Assembly (NCBI GenBank): GCA_046563655.1
Contig: CM102290.1
Coordinates: 10,168,001 to 10,232,000, forward strand
Length of the DNA: 64,000 nucleotides
Direction of reading: 5' to 3'
Origin: Yuukianura sp. NJ FZ-2021
Lineage: Eukaryota
The notes beneath the pieces were generated by a model that ran no database searches, was not told the DNA's origin, and saw only the letters and a program-made list of their open reading frames with translations. Shown here piece after piece: positions 13,151-26,289 of this stretch. Position numbers and translations under genes: made by a program. Positions within the stretch are counted from its first letter, which is position 1; every line of letters begins with the position of its first letter.

Positions 13151-16100
13151 ATGGATACTTCAAGTGCCCTGAGTCAGAGTCTCGACTCTGTCAATACTGT
13201 CGGTGGAGAAGAAGAGGTAAAAAATTGACACTTTTTAATCATCCCCTCCCCGAATCGAACTCAAAGCAATTGGAATCGATAACCAACGCGAACGTAATAC
13301 CCGCCCTCCGTTTTCACCAATCTTTACGTTTTGGACGTGCCAAATTCAATGTAAATTATGAACTAGTACAAGGTTTGTAATTTTGTGAACTTTTTTTTTT
13401 GCTTTTGTATAAGAAGGAAATTTTTGAATTTTTTGTGAGTGTTCTCCACGCTTTGTTTCACAAATTCAGCTTGAACCGCCCTTCCGTTACTCTCCAAAAA
13501 TCCATGTCCGCTGACCCGTTAATTATTAGCACGAGCCATACAGACTCTGCTGCGCCAATTAAGCAAACCCTCATGCGCAGGAATCAGACCAACACAAAAT
13601 CTACCAACACTCAGTTTGGTTTGTTACGCTTTCGTTTTTCAGCGCATGAGCACTGACCGTACGCACCTCCATGGCCCACATGTCAGAATGAGGGCCGTCA
13701 AAAATATTTGCATGTACGTTATTATATAAAAAAAATCATGTTTTTTTAAACTAATTATTCAATTATTTTCTCCTGCCAATAACGTTAAGACAATATTAAG
13801 GGATTTAAAAAATACTAATATTTTTTTCAATATTTTGACGGTTTTTAGTAAATATTTTGGGCAAGCCTGATTCTCACTTTTGAACTATCCATTGTTATCA
13901 TCATAATAATCAAGTGACAGGTGCGAACTAAAGGGAAGAAGGGGGAAAACTTAAGTGATTGTAAAGAGGATTCGAACTCACGGCGGTAGTCGTCGTCGTT
14001 TTGTTAATTTTTAAATTTTTCATTCAGATTAAGATTTAACCTAACGCAAGCCTATTCAGAACATGATCTATCCAAGAATTTTTTGAAATAGGGCAGGCTT
14101 AGGTGAAACCGTAGAGGTCATTGACCTCTTGTGTATGGTGGGGTCACAGACCCCGACAGGTCAAGCTCCACCATTTCTCCTCAGAATTTCACAGGTTTAA
14201 GTAGAATTTCATTGGTTTTCGTTTGATTTAGATCATGAAGAGATAGGTTATGTTTTGGGTAAGGTTCAGTTTGGTTGATCTTCCGCTGGATTACGTTATT
14301 CTGCTTGGTGTTAGGCTAGATTAGGTTTGAGAATTCCACAAAATGTTGCTAAAGAAGTGGATAGGCCAGTATATTGTCCCAGATCCAGAAATGCTGCAGC
14401 TTCTGACGTCGAAGTTCCCCACCGCAGAAAGCTGCTTTTATCTGTGGAGTTAGTGTGAACAACAGGTAGGATCCAACTGCTCCACTTCATCTTGCAAATG
14501 GACTCCGAGGAACAGATGAGTAACCATGGGAATCCACTCGCACTTCCGCTCACACTTATCTTCCCCCCTTTCACCCCACACTCACCCCCAAACATAACCT
14601 TTGCAGGGGTCAAAGGTCACACCTCCCCCTAACGTGGAGAGCAAATCCCCTCACCTTTAAATCTCTGGACCCCCATTTGTCTCTCGAAAATGTCAGGTCA
14701 ACGTCTCTTTTTTTGCAATCGTGTCTCTTTTCCGCCGCATTTTTGTGCTTACTTGCAAGGTTTGCATGGTTTTTGTACGTATGTGGCCTATTGTGCTCCA
14801 TTTTCCAACAATTTGTGCACAATTTCATGAAAGGTTTTAGGTTTTTGTCTTTTTCTCTTTTTTTCGTGTGTTTTTTTTTCAAAGCCGTTCGTTTGCCTTG
14901 GTCTCTTTTTCGTATTTTTTTGCTGTGGAATGAAAAGGTGAGTTAATTGGCGTTGATGAATTGAAGTCCATTTCCCTCCAGAGTCATTACATTTTTTTTT
15001 GGCTGGATTAGCCATTGACTTTGGCCAAAAGCGAATCATGATGTGATGCATGTCATGATACAAAAACTTTGGACTCAAAAGTTCTGGAAGCCCATGCTAA
15101 AAATTGTCATTTTTTTATTTTTGTGTAAAGTGGTGGAATGGAGAAATGGAAACGGAAGCTCGCAGAAACGTCTCCACCCTTTTCCCTCAAATTCTAATGA
15201 CAACCGCACCCTTTTTTCACGTTTTCAATTTACACACCTACAAAAGATTGACAAAAATGTAACACAAAATTTTATTTTGCAAAATTGGAATACAAATATT
15301 TTGACCAAAATCGAAGTAAAGATTTTTGCACAAAATGGAACAAAGAATACAACATAAAATGGAACAAAGATATTTTGACACAATTGGAAATTTTTATGAA
15401 CTAAACTAGAGAAAAATTGTCCGCAAACATGTTTTTTGTCTGCTAAGAAATAATCGAATTCCTTAAAATTCGCAAAATCGGTTCCAATTTTTGCTCAACT
15501 TGCATTTCTTCTGCCTTCCTTTTTTTTTCTTTGTTTTTTTTTCTCTGCTACCTTCGCAGAAATAAAATTTTATTGAAAAGAAGCGCGTTTTATGTTAGGG
15601 AACTAAAAAAAAGTTTATATGTTGGAAGTGGACTTTGTTCTGTTTAATAATTTCCTCGTAGAGAGTCCGTCTTAATCCAATTTCCTTCCAACGGCTGTCT
15701 TCCAAAACTCGGATTGAAGCGCTGCGCTTTTCCCCCGAAAATTCGGAGTGAGAACCCGGATTCCTGGTTTTCAATTGGACGAAATTTAGTGTTATGGACT
15801 ATGGAGGTCAGAGAGGCACAAGACACCTTGGCTGAATAATTGAGACGCTCCCACTAAGGCTTCGGACGGACACAAAATTCGAATTTTAGGGAGGGGGGAA
15901 AGTTTGGAATTTGGAAGAAAGGAGAGAAATTGGGAGGTTTGGAAGCGTGTGTATTTGGCCGTGCCTGTTGTCTTGTGCTTTTTATTTGTTTGCAAAGGAA
16001 ATTGATTCTCTAAATGGGCATAGATCCTCTCAACTTTCACGTTTCTACATCATCCATTTCACTCACCCACAGACACAAGTCTTTTAGCTTCATACTTTCA

Positions 16101-19100
16101 CACTACTTGATAAAAACACTTTCACTCACTTACTTTTACTCGATTTTCATAATTTGAACCAGGTTGGGCCAGGTTCATAACATACAGTTGAACTTTGAAC
16201 GGCGAAGCAGTTATACGTCAACACCAAAAAGCTAGTTTTTTTTAAATAGTCGTGTTCTGGTGTTGAACGATTATAATCAGCTTTCTCTTGTGAGAAACTG
16301 TAAAATTAAAGGTATTAACTCAAACCTTATAACTTAAAACTCAACTACGGAATTTCTTGTTGTATCTTTTTCGGGCTTTTCCGTTATAGTGGAAATTGAT
16401 TGAGTGTGAAAGAAAGTTATTGATTATAACCGGTAAAATTGTCAATTGAGTGAAAGTGGTGAAAATGGGAAAATGAGGGTGTGGTAAAAAGCGAAGATGA
16501 TGCATAATGTAATACATGGAAATTTTATTGATCCTAAAACTGTTGTTGATAGAGACATGCCCATCGGAAGAGGGAATGAGAGAAAGCAAAGAAAGTTGTG
16601 GTCATCATTCGCAAATCCCCAACAGCCATGTACATATATGTTTGAACTCATTTCAGAGGTCAAAAGGTCGATAACGTTATAGTCGTGAAAATGTCAACGA
16701 CATCTCACAAGTTAAAAAAGCCAAAACTCCCTAATACATATGTTAGATTAGCTCCATTTTCAGAACTCAGCCAAATTTCATACGGTTAGTCACGTTCCCC
16801 TGGTCAGCCGTATTTCGGCGAAGGTAATGTCAGTATTTAGAGAAGATCCAAAATTAAGGGAGGTTTCTGACGTCTGTCCGTCAGCATTGCATTTCAGCGG
16901 TCAGCAACGTTTTAAAGCCAGGTCAATCCTTGCCTTATTGTTAGTCACACTCGTCAGTTATTTGCAGACATTCAGGATTGGTGAGTTATTGACTGTTTGC
17001 GGGAGACAGCGGTGGACAGTGGGTTGCCATGGAAATGGGAAGCACAACAGCAGTCGTTGCCCACGAATAAAACGTAATCAAATATTTGAAACATTTATTG
17101 AGTTTTGTGCAGAGGTGGAGCGTGGTTCCCCTCCATTTGCCACTCGCTGTCCTCTCTGGAGGGGAGTTAGGTTAGGTTTTGGGTTAGAGTTAGGTTTTAG
17201 GTTGCAAACCTAATGGAAACATAACCGAAAACCTAACGGAAAGACTCTGAGACATTCGCATGCTTATGAATATCAAATCCCAAACAACCTTAAACACCCA
17301 TCCCTCCATCGATTTCCACGAGAACTTTTGCAAAAGAAAATACTTTCTTGCCGTTTTATAACTTTAACCTAAGCGGTTATGCTGGGCGAGGTTTTAACCT
17401 AAATTTATGTTAGGCTGTAGGCTGGTAATTGATAAATAAACATAAAATTCTGCATTTCAAGAATTTTGAAATTGGAAAATTTTGGATTTGGACAACTTCG
17501 AATTTAAAAAAAATATGTTCCGTTTTTTTGGGTAAATTTGGCAATTTATACGTTACGAGGAGGAGGAGGAGGGAAAAGTGCAGTTTTTTTCCACGAGGGA
17601 AAGTTTAAATTCATGAGCCCCATTAGAAGGTGCTTGGACTGCATGAATTCGCAAGTAGAAATTTATCACACTCTTCCACTTTTGACTTTATTCCGCCGAA
17701 ATTTAAACTTGAAAAATGGCTTTCAACGAAGGGCAACTTTTAGACGTGTGAGGCCGAATTTGTTTTTCAAAAACCGAGCTTCTTCATAAAAAAGTTAACT
17801 TTTTTACATTAGTTAACCGTAGTTATTCATAATTAGGTGGACCAGCTGCTTTCCTCGTCCTGCGGTGAGACAGAAGTTTAGCGATTGTGTAGAGGTCACT
17901 GATGTCAAGCTCAAATTAGGGGCAAGGGAGCCAGCGATTAGTTGTGCAGAAAACCACATCCTTCTCCGCTGCGGTTTTGTGCACAAAACACAAATTTAGT
18001 CAGAACTTCACTAATCACTGTTTTCTTTCACGCCTAAACCTCAACTTTAAACATTTTTTTCCCGCCAAAACCCAAATTTCAAAATTTCAAATTGACAAAA
18101 AATAAAGCTAAGAAATTTGGTCGGTTTTACGTAAAAGAGTAAAAAATGCACGGCTCTGTGCATATTTTGTTGCGCATGTACTGACTGAGCTAGCCAGACG
18201 TGGCACGACACAAAATTTGTTCAAAATGAAACTCTTGCATGTGACGTAAAGTTTGTTCTCAAAATGTCCAAAAACTAAAAAATGAAAACGTAACAAAAAT
18301 TTCTTGAGAGTTTGTATCGTGGCGCTCAAAATGGCTTGAGAGTGAAAGAACGAAACGTAGCACGCCATTAGATCAAAAAAATTAGGTAAGCAGAATTGAC
18401 GTCAGCAGAAAAGAGGTAAGTCGAAATTAGGTAAGCAATGCATTTAGGTAAGCAATAGATTTAGGTAAGCAGAAAAGAGGTAAGTGGAAAATAGGTAAGC
18501 GGCAGAATTAGGTAAGCAGGATTTACATGTCCCAAAGGCAAAATTTTGATTTCATGTACTATTGCTGATAATTCTGAAAAATTTTTGTGCAGACACTGCA
18601 TGGACCCCTGATAACAACAAAAATTCACCGGAAAAGTAAACATCGATTTCAAAAAATGTTTCCGAGGGTTCCTTCCTATGTTTAGTTAGGGTTTGCTCGT
18701 TACGTTAGGTTAATTTTATAGTTTCCCGCGCCGAAGGCGCGGTGTTAGGTTTTTAAAAGTTCGAAATACTGATTCCGTCTCGAGGGCCCTCGCTAAGGTT
18801 TGATTATGTTATCTAACGATCAAAATTTGAGCAGTAAATAAATAATAACTGTTTTCAAAATTTCGCCTTCGTGACTTACGTAAATCCTGCTTACCTAATT
18901 ATGCCGCTTACCTATTTTCCACTTACCCCTTTTCTGCTTACCTAAATCTATTGCTTACCTAAATGCATTGCTTACCTAATTTCGACTTACCTATTTTCTG
19001 CTGACGTCAATTCTGCTTACCTAATTTTTTTTATCTAATGGCATGGAACCGAACGAAAAGCGTCTATTCCCGTCTTCATCACCGCATTGCGTTATTTGGC

Positions 19101-22100
19101 CACCTTTTATTGGATTATAGGAACTTCTTATGTAAAGGACAAGTGAAAGTAACCTTGGTTGAAGTAACTACCATAACCTCAAACATGATGGTTATCATGG
19201 TTACTCAATTGTGTAACCATAGTTTAATAGTAATCATACTTCCATAGCTACATTTCACCAGGGCAGGGTTTAGTGGATTATAGATACACCTTTTGGAAAA
19301 CGAGAAAATAACCTATTTTACGGTAACCACCGTAACCTAAGACATGATGGTTACCGTGGTTATCCAATAACATTGACATAGTAGTTCTTAAAAAACGATT
19401 GCCTTATTTGGTATGTTTTCTTTTGGACTGTGGGAACTCCTTGAAAGAGAAAGTAGTAGTATAGAAAGTAACCTCGGACAAGATTGTAACCATGGTTACT
19501 CAATTGCGTAGCCATTGTTCCATAAAAAAGTTAGGTAACGTGTTAGTGTAGTATAACTTAGTAATTGACGCCTTGTGATTAATGGCCCCATGCTGAGTGA
19601 ATTTAGGTAACGAAGAAAGGGAAGACGAAGTGGTTCCCATAAATTTCCTATTCAGAACCACTCGCAGTCTTTAGGTCACTGCGGTTTTCCTAATAAATTA
19701 TCAAAAAGAAAACCAAACTTTGAAAAATGAACTCCTTTTAGCGCCTACTTTTCAAATTTCCTGCAAAATATTTATACTTCCAAAATAACCGCCTTTTTTC
19801 TGCTCTCAATTTGGTTCCGGAGAAAGTTTCCTTAGGAGAAACCCTTAACACGTGGAAACGGAAATTGGAAACGACTTTTTGGAGAGTTTTTTTTTCTTGG
19901 AAATTTTTTCACGAAAGCGGGAAATTTTGAAGTTGCGGTTTTTCCTGAAACAGAAAAAACTTCCGTTGATATTGTTGCATATTGCTCACAGCCGACTACG
20001 ATTAAGTTGTATGTGGGCAAATACGATGTCAGAGGTGAACGAGGACCAACTTCAGTTTTTCAAAATAAGCTCCAGTGAGAGCCGTCGTTTCAAATTTCCC
20101 GCGCATTTTTCAAACGGCCCGCTTTCTCCATGGCACTAACCCATTAGCATAAACGTTATTCTGAATTGTGTCCATTTCTTTTCCTGTTCCTTTTTACTGG
20201 TGCACACGCGTACAAAGTTTGCTCGTTTGTTTCCAGCGCGCCATAGACTTTCACTTTAAAAAAAGCCGGTAAAAGCGGTTTGCTACCACGGCAGTAGCAT
20301 GGCCTAATTTAGGTTAACATAACTTACTAAGGCCACCGTGGTCACTACCGAGAGCGAACGTGCTTTGACCCACCATCACTCACTGACGGCATGAAGTGGA
20401 GTAAAGCGTAGGTGGTTGGTGGAGAGTAGTGAGATTGAAATCGGTCCCACCACCGCTATAATTTAAACTTTTAAACCGGAAGCGGTCCTTGGCGGGCAGA
20501 AAAGTTAAGTTCAAATGGGTTTCTCTGGCTCCTCGAAGTGTCTGATTAATGGCACGATTCTGAGACTCAACTTAACTCAAGTTAAAATACAGTCTAACCA
20601 TAACCTAACCGACCTTAAACTACGTTCACATTCCTCTGCTCTCTCCGTAGGTCCGAACGCTGTTCGTGAGTGGACTCCCAATGGATGCTAAGCCAAGGGA
20701 ACTGTACCTTCTGTTCAGAGCATACGAGGTAAAACGATTCTAGCATAAGCGACTCTGTTTTCTTCAAAATTTTGAATTTTTACAGTTAGGTTTTTAGTGT
20801 TTGACATTTACCAAAAACTTGTTTGTCTTTGACATTTTGAAAAAAGAAACATGAGAAATGATCATGAATAAATCTTTCAGGGCTACGAAGGATCTCAATT
20901 GAAAGTGACAAGCAAAAATGGAAAGACTTCGTCCGTAAGTTTCCGAAAAAAGAATTTCACATTTTTTTGAAAAAAATATTGTAAATATTTTTGAAAATTT
21001 TTAAACTATAGCCTGTGGGATTCGTGACATTTAGCACGAGAGCTGAGGCTGAGGCAGCAAAGCAGGTGCTACAGGTAAAAAATTAATGTTATATAAATAA
21101 AAAATATAAAAATGTTACTAATTTTTTTGGAAATTCAAATTTTTCAAAACATTTTATGCGATCAAAATTTTGAATTTTAGGGAGTTCAATTTGATCCCGA
21201 CTTGCCACAAACGATTCGGCTGGAATTTGCGAAGAGCAATACGAAAGCTAGTAAACCCAAGCAGCAGTCTCCACCCACTGCTACACCACATCCTGCAATC
21301 ATGCATACGCTAACTGGACGTAAGAACTGAACATCAAAGGTCACGGAGACATTGACCCCCGAAGAAGACCATTGACCTCTAACTCTTGATTGTATTTGCA
21401 GCACTGGGAACTCCGTTCTTTGCTGGAGCTCCCGAACTCTGGCCATCGGCCCTGACGTATTCCGGGGCAGCAGCAGCGGCCGCTGCGGGGGAACTGTCCG
21501 GCGGCCTTCAAGCCCCCACGCTGGTTCACCCTGCCTTACACCCTCAGGTGCCACTGCGCTCCTTCCTCTGACCCCGCCCCCTCCCATGCTCTCAGGGCTA
21601 CTCTCAAGGTCAGGTCAACCATAACTTATGAAGTTAACCTCTCAAAGGTCAACCTTAGGATCATCTTCCATCAGTCTCTCCGCTCGGCTCTGCTCAACTC
21701 GTGTAGCTCTCAACTTGGAACTGAGTAGGCGGAGTCATCTGTTCCGAACACTTCCGAAAAAACACGATCACACTCTCTCTTCCTGCGTTGAGCTAAAAAC
21801 ACCACTGTAGCACAGTCGTAAAAGCTGCCGCCAACTGCAAATTTGTCACTCACAACCTCATCCAAACGGTTCCATGCCATTGTTTCAAATGAATTGCTTC
21901 TAACGGAAAAGTTTCTAAAAATTACTTCTAAGAAACCTATCCTTTAACATTATTAGAAACAATTTTTTAGAAGCAATTCTCTTTTAGAAGCAATTCATTT
22001 TAGAACCAATGGCGTGCTTCCATCCAAACACGGGGTCACATTGACCTAGGGTTAATAACCTTTGACACAGAGGTCAACGACCTGTAAAGCAGGTCGATTA

Positions 22101-23935
22101 CTTTTGTAGAACACTGAGATGAATTGGAAGGTCATTGACCCTGGGACAGCGTGACCCCTTGAGCAGCAAGGTGTAGGGTAGGCAAGGGTTTTCACTTTTG
22201 TTCACTTGACCCTGTAGGGTCAAACATACACACACTCGACACAGACAAACACTAGAGTTGACCACAATCACGGTTGAGAGCCCAACTGTTAAGCCACACC
22301 CCCTGAGTCCAAGAGTTACTGGCACTTATGCGCAGAACTCTCTGGACAGAACCTAGCCTAACTTCCCTGCCTTGTTCACTTTGTTATTTTCACTTTGACC
22401 TTTGACCTTTGCCGAGTGTGATTCTGACCTTTGATCTTTGTAGCACACGCTGACTCTGGGTGGTCCGACACTGGGCTCTCTCCATGCCACCATTCCGCAC
22501 CTCCTCCCTTCACCATCAATGGCCTCACCCGTCGGCTCTGCTTGCTCTCAAAGCCTCGGAACGCACGCGCCCTGCTCCACGCTATTCGTCGCCAACCTCG
22601 GGGCATTCGTCACGGAACAGGAACTCAAAGACATCTTCGGAAGGTGAGCGCCATCTAGTGTCTTTGCGGGGAGTTTTACGAGAAATGCCACAAGAGGGCT
22701 TTGGTCAAAGCTAAGGAATGTCGAGTCGTGGTCTAGCGTTCGAATCTCAGTTCAATCACACCTAAAAGCCGTTTAATTCTTAATTCTTAGTTTAATTATT
22801 AATCACAGTAGAACTAGTGGGTAATACTTCTATGCTGGTGAATGAAAAAAAAACTTGGGGGTTCGAATCTCGGTTTAGTTTTGCCTACGAATCTGATCAT
22901 TTCTGTACTAATCCTAACAAAATAACTTTCTTTTTGATACAAAGGGACTTAAAACGCAATAATTCCCAGAATTAGGAAAAGAAACTTGCAAGTCTGTGCT
23001 AGAGAGTTCGAATCCAGTGGCTAGTGTCAATATTTTTCAATGTCAATATGTTATTTTGTTTTGCTTGTTCAAACAGAGTTAAGAAAAGGGGAAAGGGGTT
23101 GTTGAGGTTCCCCGGGGTTTATTGATTGAAACGGAAGTGACCACGCCCAAGAAAAAGCCCCACCCAAATTAATCTTCCTGCAGGATGACCTTCGTGACAT
23201 TTGGAAGACGTTAATTAGAGCAAACGATAGAGTCTACAGGGATCCATTACCTAGCGACAATGTGTTTCCGGTGTAAGGCATTTGAATAGTAACGGCGTCA
23301 CTAATCACCGACAAAATTAACGTTAATTTTATATTTCCCAGAAATTCCGAACCTTTAATACCCTTTCTCTATGAATTTCAAATTCTGGCGGCCCAACCCA
23401 TAGCTCAAATTAAAAAAAAGTTTCCCCCAACCTTGAATCCACTACATTGCTATTTAACGTAACAACTAGCACCATCTAGTTAGCGTCTTCAGTTTAGTAA
23501 AACAGATAAAATAAGACAAAAGAATGTAAAATATTATAAAAAGGAATGATAATTTTGAATTGCAGTTTCCCGGGGTTCAGTCGTCTCCGTCTGCACACGA
23601 AAGGTGGCAGTCCCGTGGCCTTTGTTGAGTACATGGACGTGCGGTGCGCCACTCAGGCAATGGCAGCTCTGCAAGGATCGTTTCTGCGCTACTCCGACCG
23701 TGGCGGCATTCGAATCGAGTATGCCAAAACAAAAATGGCGGAAGTGAACGGTTCGAGCGGAAGTAGCGTCATTTTAGCAGCCACTGGAGCTGCCACTCTC
23801 AACGGCCACCACTCTCAGTACGACCATTTGAATCATGTAAATCAGACCCTTTCAACTAGCGTCTCGACTCCCCACCACATCTACCACCACCCACTCGCCC
23901 CCCTTCCTGAACGCCACATTGTGAATGCAGCCTAA
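13151..23935 (+). CDS. cpo: Couch potato (RBPMS/MEC-8 family RNA-binding protein, two RRMs). Exons 13151-13216, 20651-20728, 20881-20934, 21012-21074, 21181-21319, 21402-21547, 22444-22643, 23566-23935
   Basis: [73 protein letters not shown]...|[22 protein letters not shown] closely matches the insect Cpo RRM1. RRM2 reads [11 protein letters not shown]...[30 protein letters not shown]...[15 protein letters not shown]. All junctions are GT-AG and phase-consistent. Confidence 0.96.
18357..19050. mobile_element. ~694-bp non-autonomous TIR element (Mutator/foldback-like) in the long cpo intron
   Basis: ~180-bp inverted arms built of AGGTAAG-containing subrepeats. TSD GAACGAAA at 18348-18355 and 19051-19058. 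Termini GTAGCACGCCATT / AATGGCATGGAACC are shared with the 154-bp MITEs. Confidence 0.9.
19148..19520. repeat. Degenerate repeat with three GTAACC...CATGATGGTTA/GGTTAC units
   Basis: Similar motifs at ~19150-19220, ~19322-19365 and ~19468-19515. Confidence 0.45.
21868..22020. mobile_element. 153-bp MITE, Mutator-like, with 9-bp TSD
   Basis: Flanked by perfect CATCCAAAC direct repeats (21859-21867 and 22021-22029). Imperfect TIRs GGTTCCATGCCATTG / CAATGGCGTGCTTC. Reverse-complement copy at 2368-2521. Confidence 0.88.
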
Positions 23936-26289
23936 GGGCACCTCCACCACGCACCCCCTTCAACCAATCAGGAACCACACAGAGGTCATGCTTCTACTTC
24001 TCGTTTTACATTCCTAACTTCAAGCTTCTCTTCTTCCTATTTTCAAAAAAAAAGTTTTTCAAATTTAAAAAAAGCGGTTCAAAACTCAATCGTAATTTCA
24101 TTCTGTTCTTGTTGCGCAGGATCTAAAAGAAGAAATGGGACAGTCCTGCTAACGGTCAATGACCTTCCTACCCAGCTCCAAAGTTTAACAACGCAAAAAA
24201 ACAATCCCATTTCTTCCTTAGCTTTTGTTTTCAAAAATGGTTCTGACCTGCCATTTTCCCGCTTTTCCTTTGATATGCTTGTCTCAAACTTTTTAAATTT
24301 TCAAAAAAATGTCGCTTGTTCGTTGTAATTTGGTTTCGAATTTTTGAAATTGTCCATTTTGTTTGTTGCATCTGCTAAATGGCTTTGCCTCGTTTTTTGC
24401 TTGTTTGAATTTGGTGCTGCGCATGTGCAGGCTGGAGTTTTTTGTTTCGTTTTGCTTTGAATGTTGCACAATTTCACAGGACTGTAAACTTTTTTCTTTC
24501 CTTGCTTTAATTTCCTGTTCTAAAATTTCCAAAAAGAAAACCGAACTCCAAAAAAACTAATGTTTGATTGTTCACCACACCCTGTTCTCCTTTTGTTTCA
24601 AAATCAAAAATCATTTGTGTGGGAAAACTTGAAATTTTCCTAATTCCTCCACTCATTTGAAGATTCACTGCCTCGTGCACGATGGAACTGGGAATTGGAA
24701 CAATGTAAGATGGATGGAAGCCTAGAGACAGAAAAAATATCTTTTTCACTCCCCACCCCTTCAAAAAATCGTCTCCCGCCCCCACAAAAATCGCCTCAAT
24801 TCTTCTCAAGAAAATCGCTTCTTGTCTGACCACAACCATAACACACACCTTTCAAGTCTCAAAAAATTCGTGTCTCGTGCATTCTCAAATTCTTGTGTAG
24901 GACTTTACGAACATCAAAAAATGAAAATGCAATATGTAAAATCAACATTAACTTATTATATTATATCATGTTTGTTAACCTAAGCTGGATCTTTTATGTT
25001 AATAGTGTCAATTCATTGTTATTAAATATTATATCATTAAAGTATTTAGTCCGAGTAGTAAGAAAACTAGAAACGAGCTTTTTAGTTTGGTAAGATAAGT
25101 GCTTTAGACCAAAGGCTTTGTAATTGTTTGTATAGAATTTGCCCAACTCTGTTACTAATTAATTAAGTTGACCATGTCTGTTACTGAAGGGTGGCTCTAG
25201 ATTAGTATGTTATTTTTCACGCGCGTGTGTAGCTTATTTCCGCGCGTGAATTTATTATCCCACAATTGCCGCGTGTTGAGGATGCTCAAGTCCTCAGTTG
25301 AATCCTTCAAAAGATTCCGTCCAGTTTGAACCAATCTCGTGCGCCAATCAGAGAGTGCACAGAGCGTGCGTCCAAAGGTCGAACATACAAAATTCGCACC
25401 TTTGTGATGAAAAATACAGAAAGACGTTGGCGCTCAAAAACTTTTTTCTTCAAAAAAAAAAACATTCAAAAAGCGCGCCTGTGTCGGCGGAAATCGCAGA
25501 CGTAGGTGCATTTAAGGCGCTGCGCTTAAACAGGCAGTTAACGCAGATAAAAAGGCTCTGGGACTGTGATAACGGATAGAAAAAAAGAGAAAGTTCCGCT
25601 ATGGAATTTTCTTTTTGTTTTAACAGTGTAACGGTTAATAAGTTCTACTAACTAATTGCGATGCCTTAGGAAAAAAAAGGTCAAAGGTCAATGACCTTCC
25701 CGTGACCTTTACTCCGGGGGTCAAGTGATCTTGACCTTGCAACGTGGTGTTTGGAAACCATTTAAGGAATGTTTTAGTGCGCATGCGACTCGAAAAACTT
25801 GCCTCATAAATCCACTTCAAAATTCAAACCCAGTAAACCAATACATATCAAAAAAGTGCTAGTTGGCGAGCGAAAGGGGGAGGAAGCAGGAGTTTTTTGA
25901 ACTTTTTGAAATATGGCGCCTTAGTCAAAAAAAGCATGTTGTCCATGCGCAGAGAGCGAGGACTTCGTCTCAATATTTAGTAAAGTACATTACAACGTGG
26001 TAGGGTTACCAGTTAGGTTTAGATTAGGCTAGAATTATGTTACGGTAAAGCTAATCAATTAAAATCTTGTAAAAAGTCTCACCTTACCAAAAAAAATCAA
26101 GTTTAGTTTTAATTTTTGGCTCCTATCGTCTTGTCTAACTTTAATTAACATGTTAATTAACTTTAGCTCTAATATAATTTAATTCACTTTAAATCGTTAC
26201 GATTTCTTACTTATCAGAATAATTTCAATTCGTAATGGACCTCTCAAAAGTAAAGCAGCAAAGGGCGCTGAAGAAGTGTGAATAAGTTA

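Noticed and set aside
17165..17205. TTAGG-like repeats (also ~20595 and ~26970)
   Set aside because: Short and degenerate; not a telomeric array.
14311..17789. Numerous 60-130-aa ORFs in the long cpo intron
   Set aside because: Lys/Phe-rich translations of AT-rich non-coding DNA with no domains.
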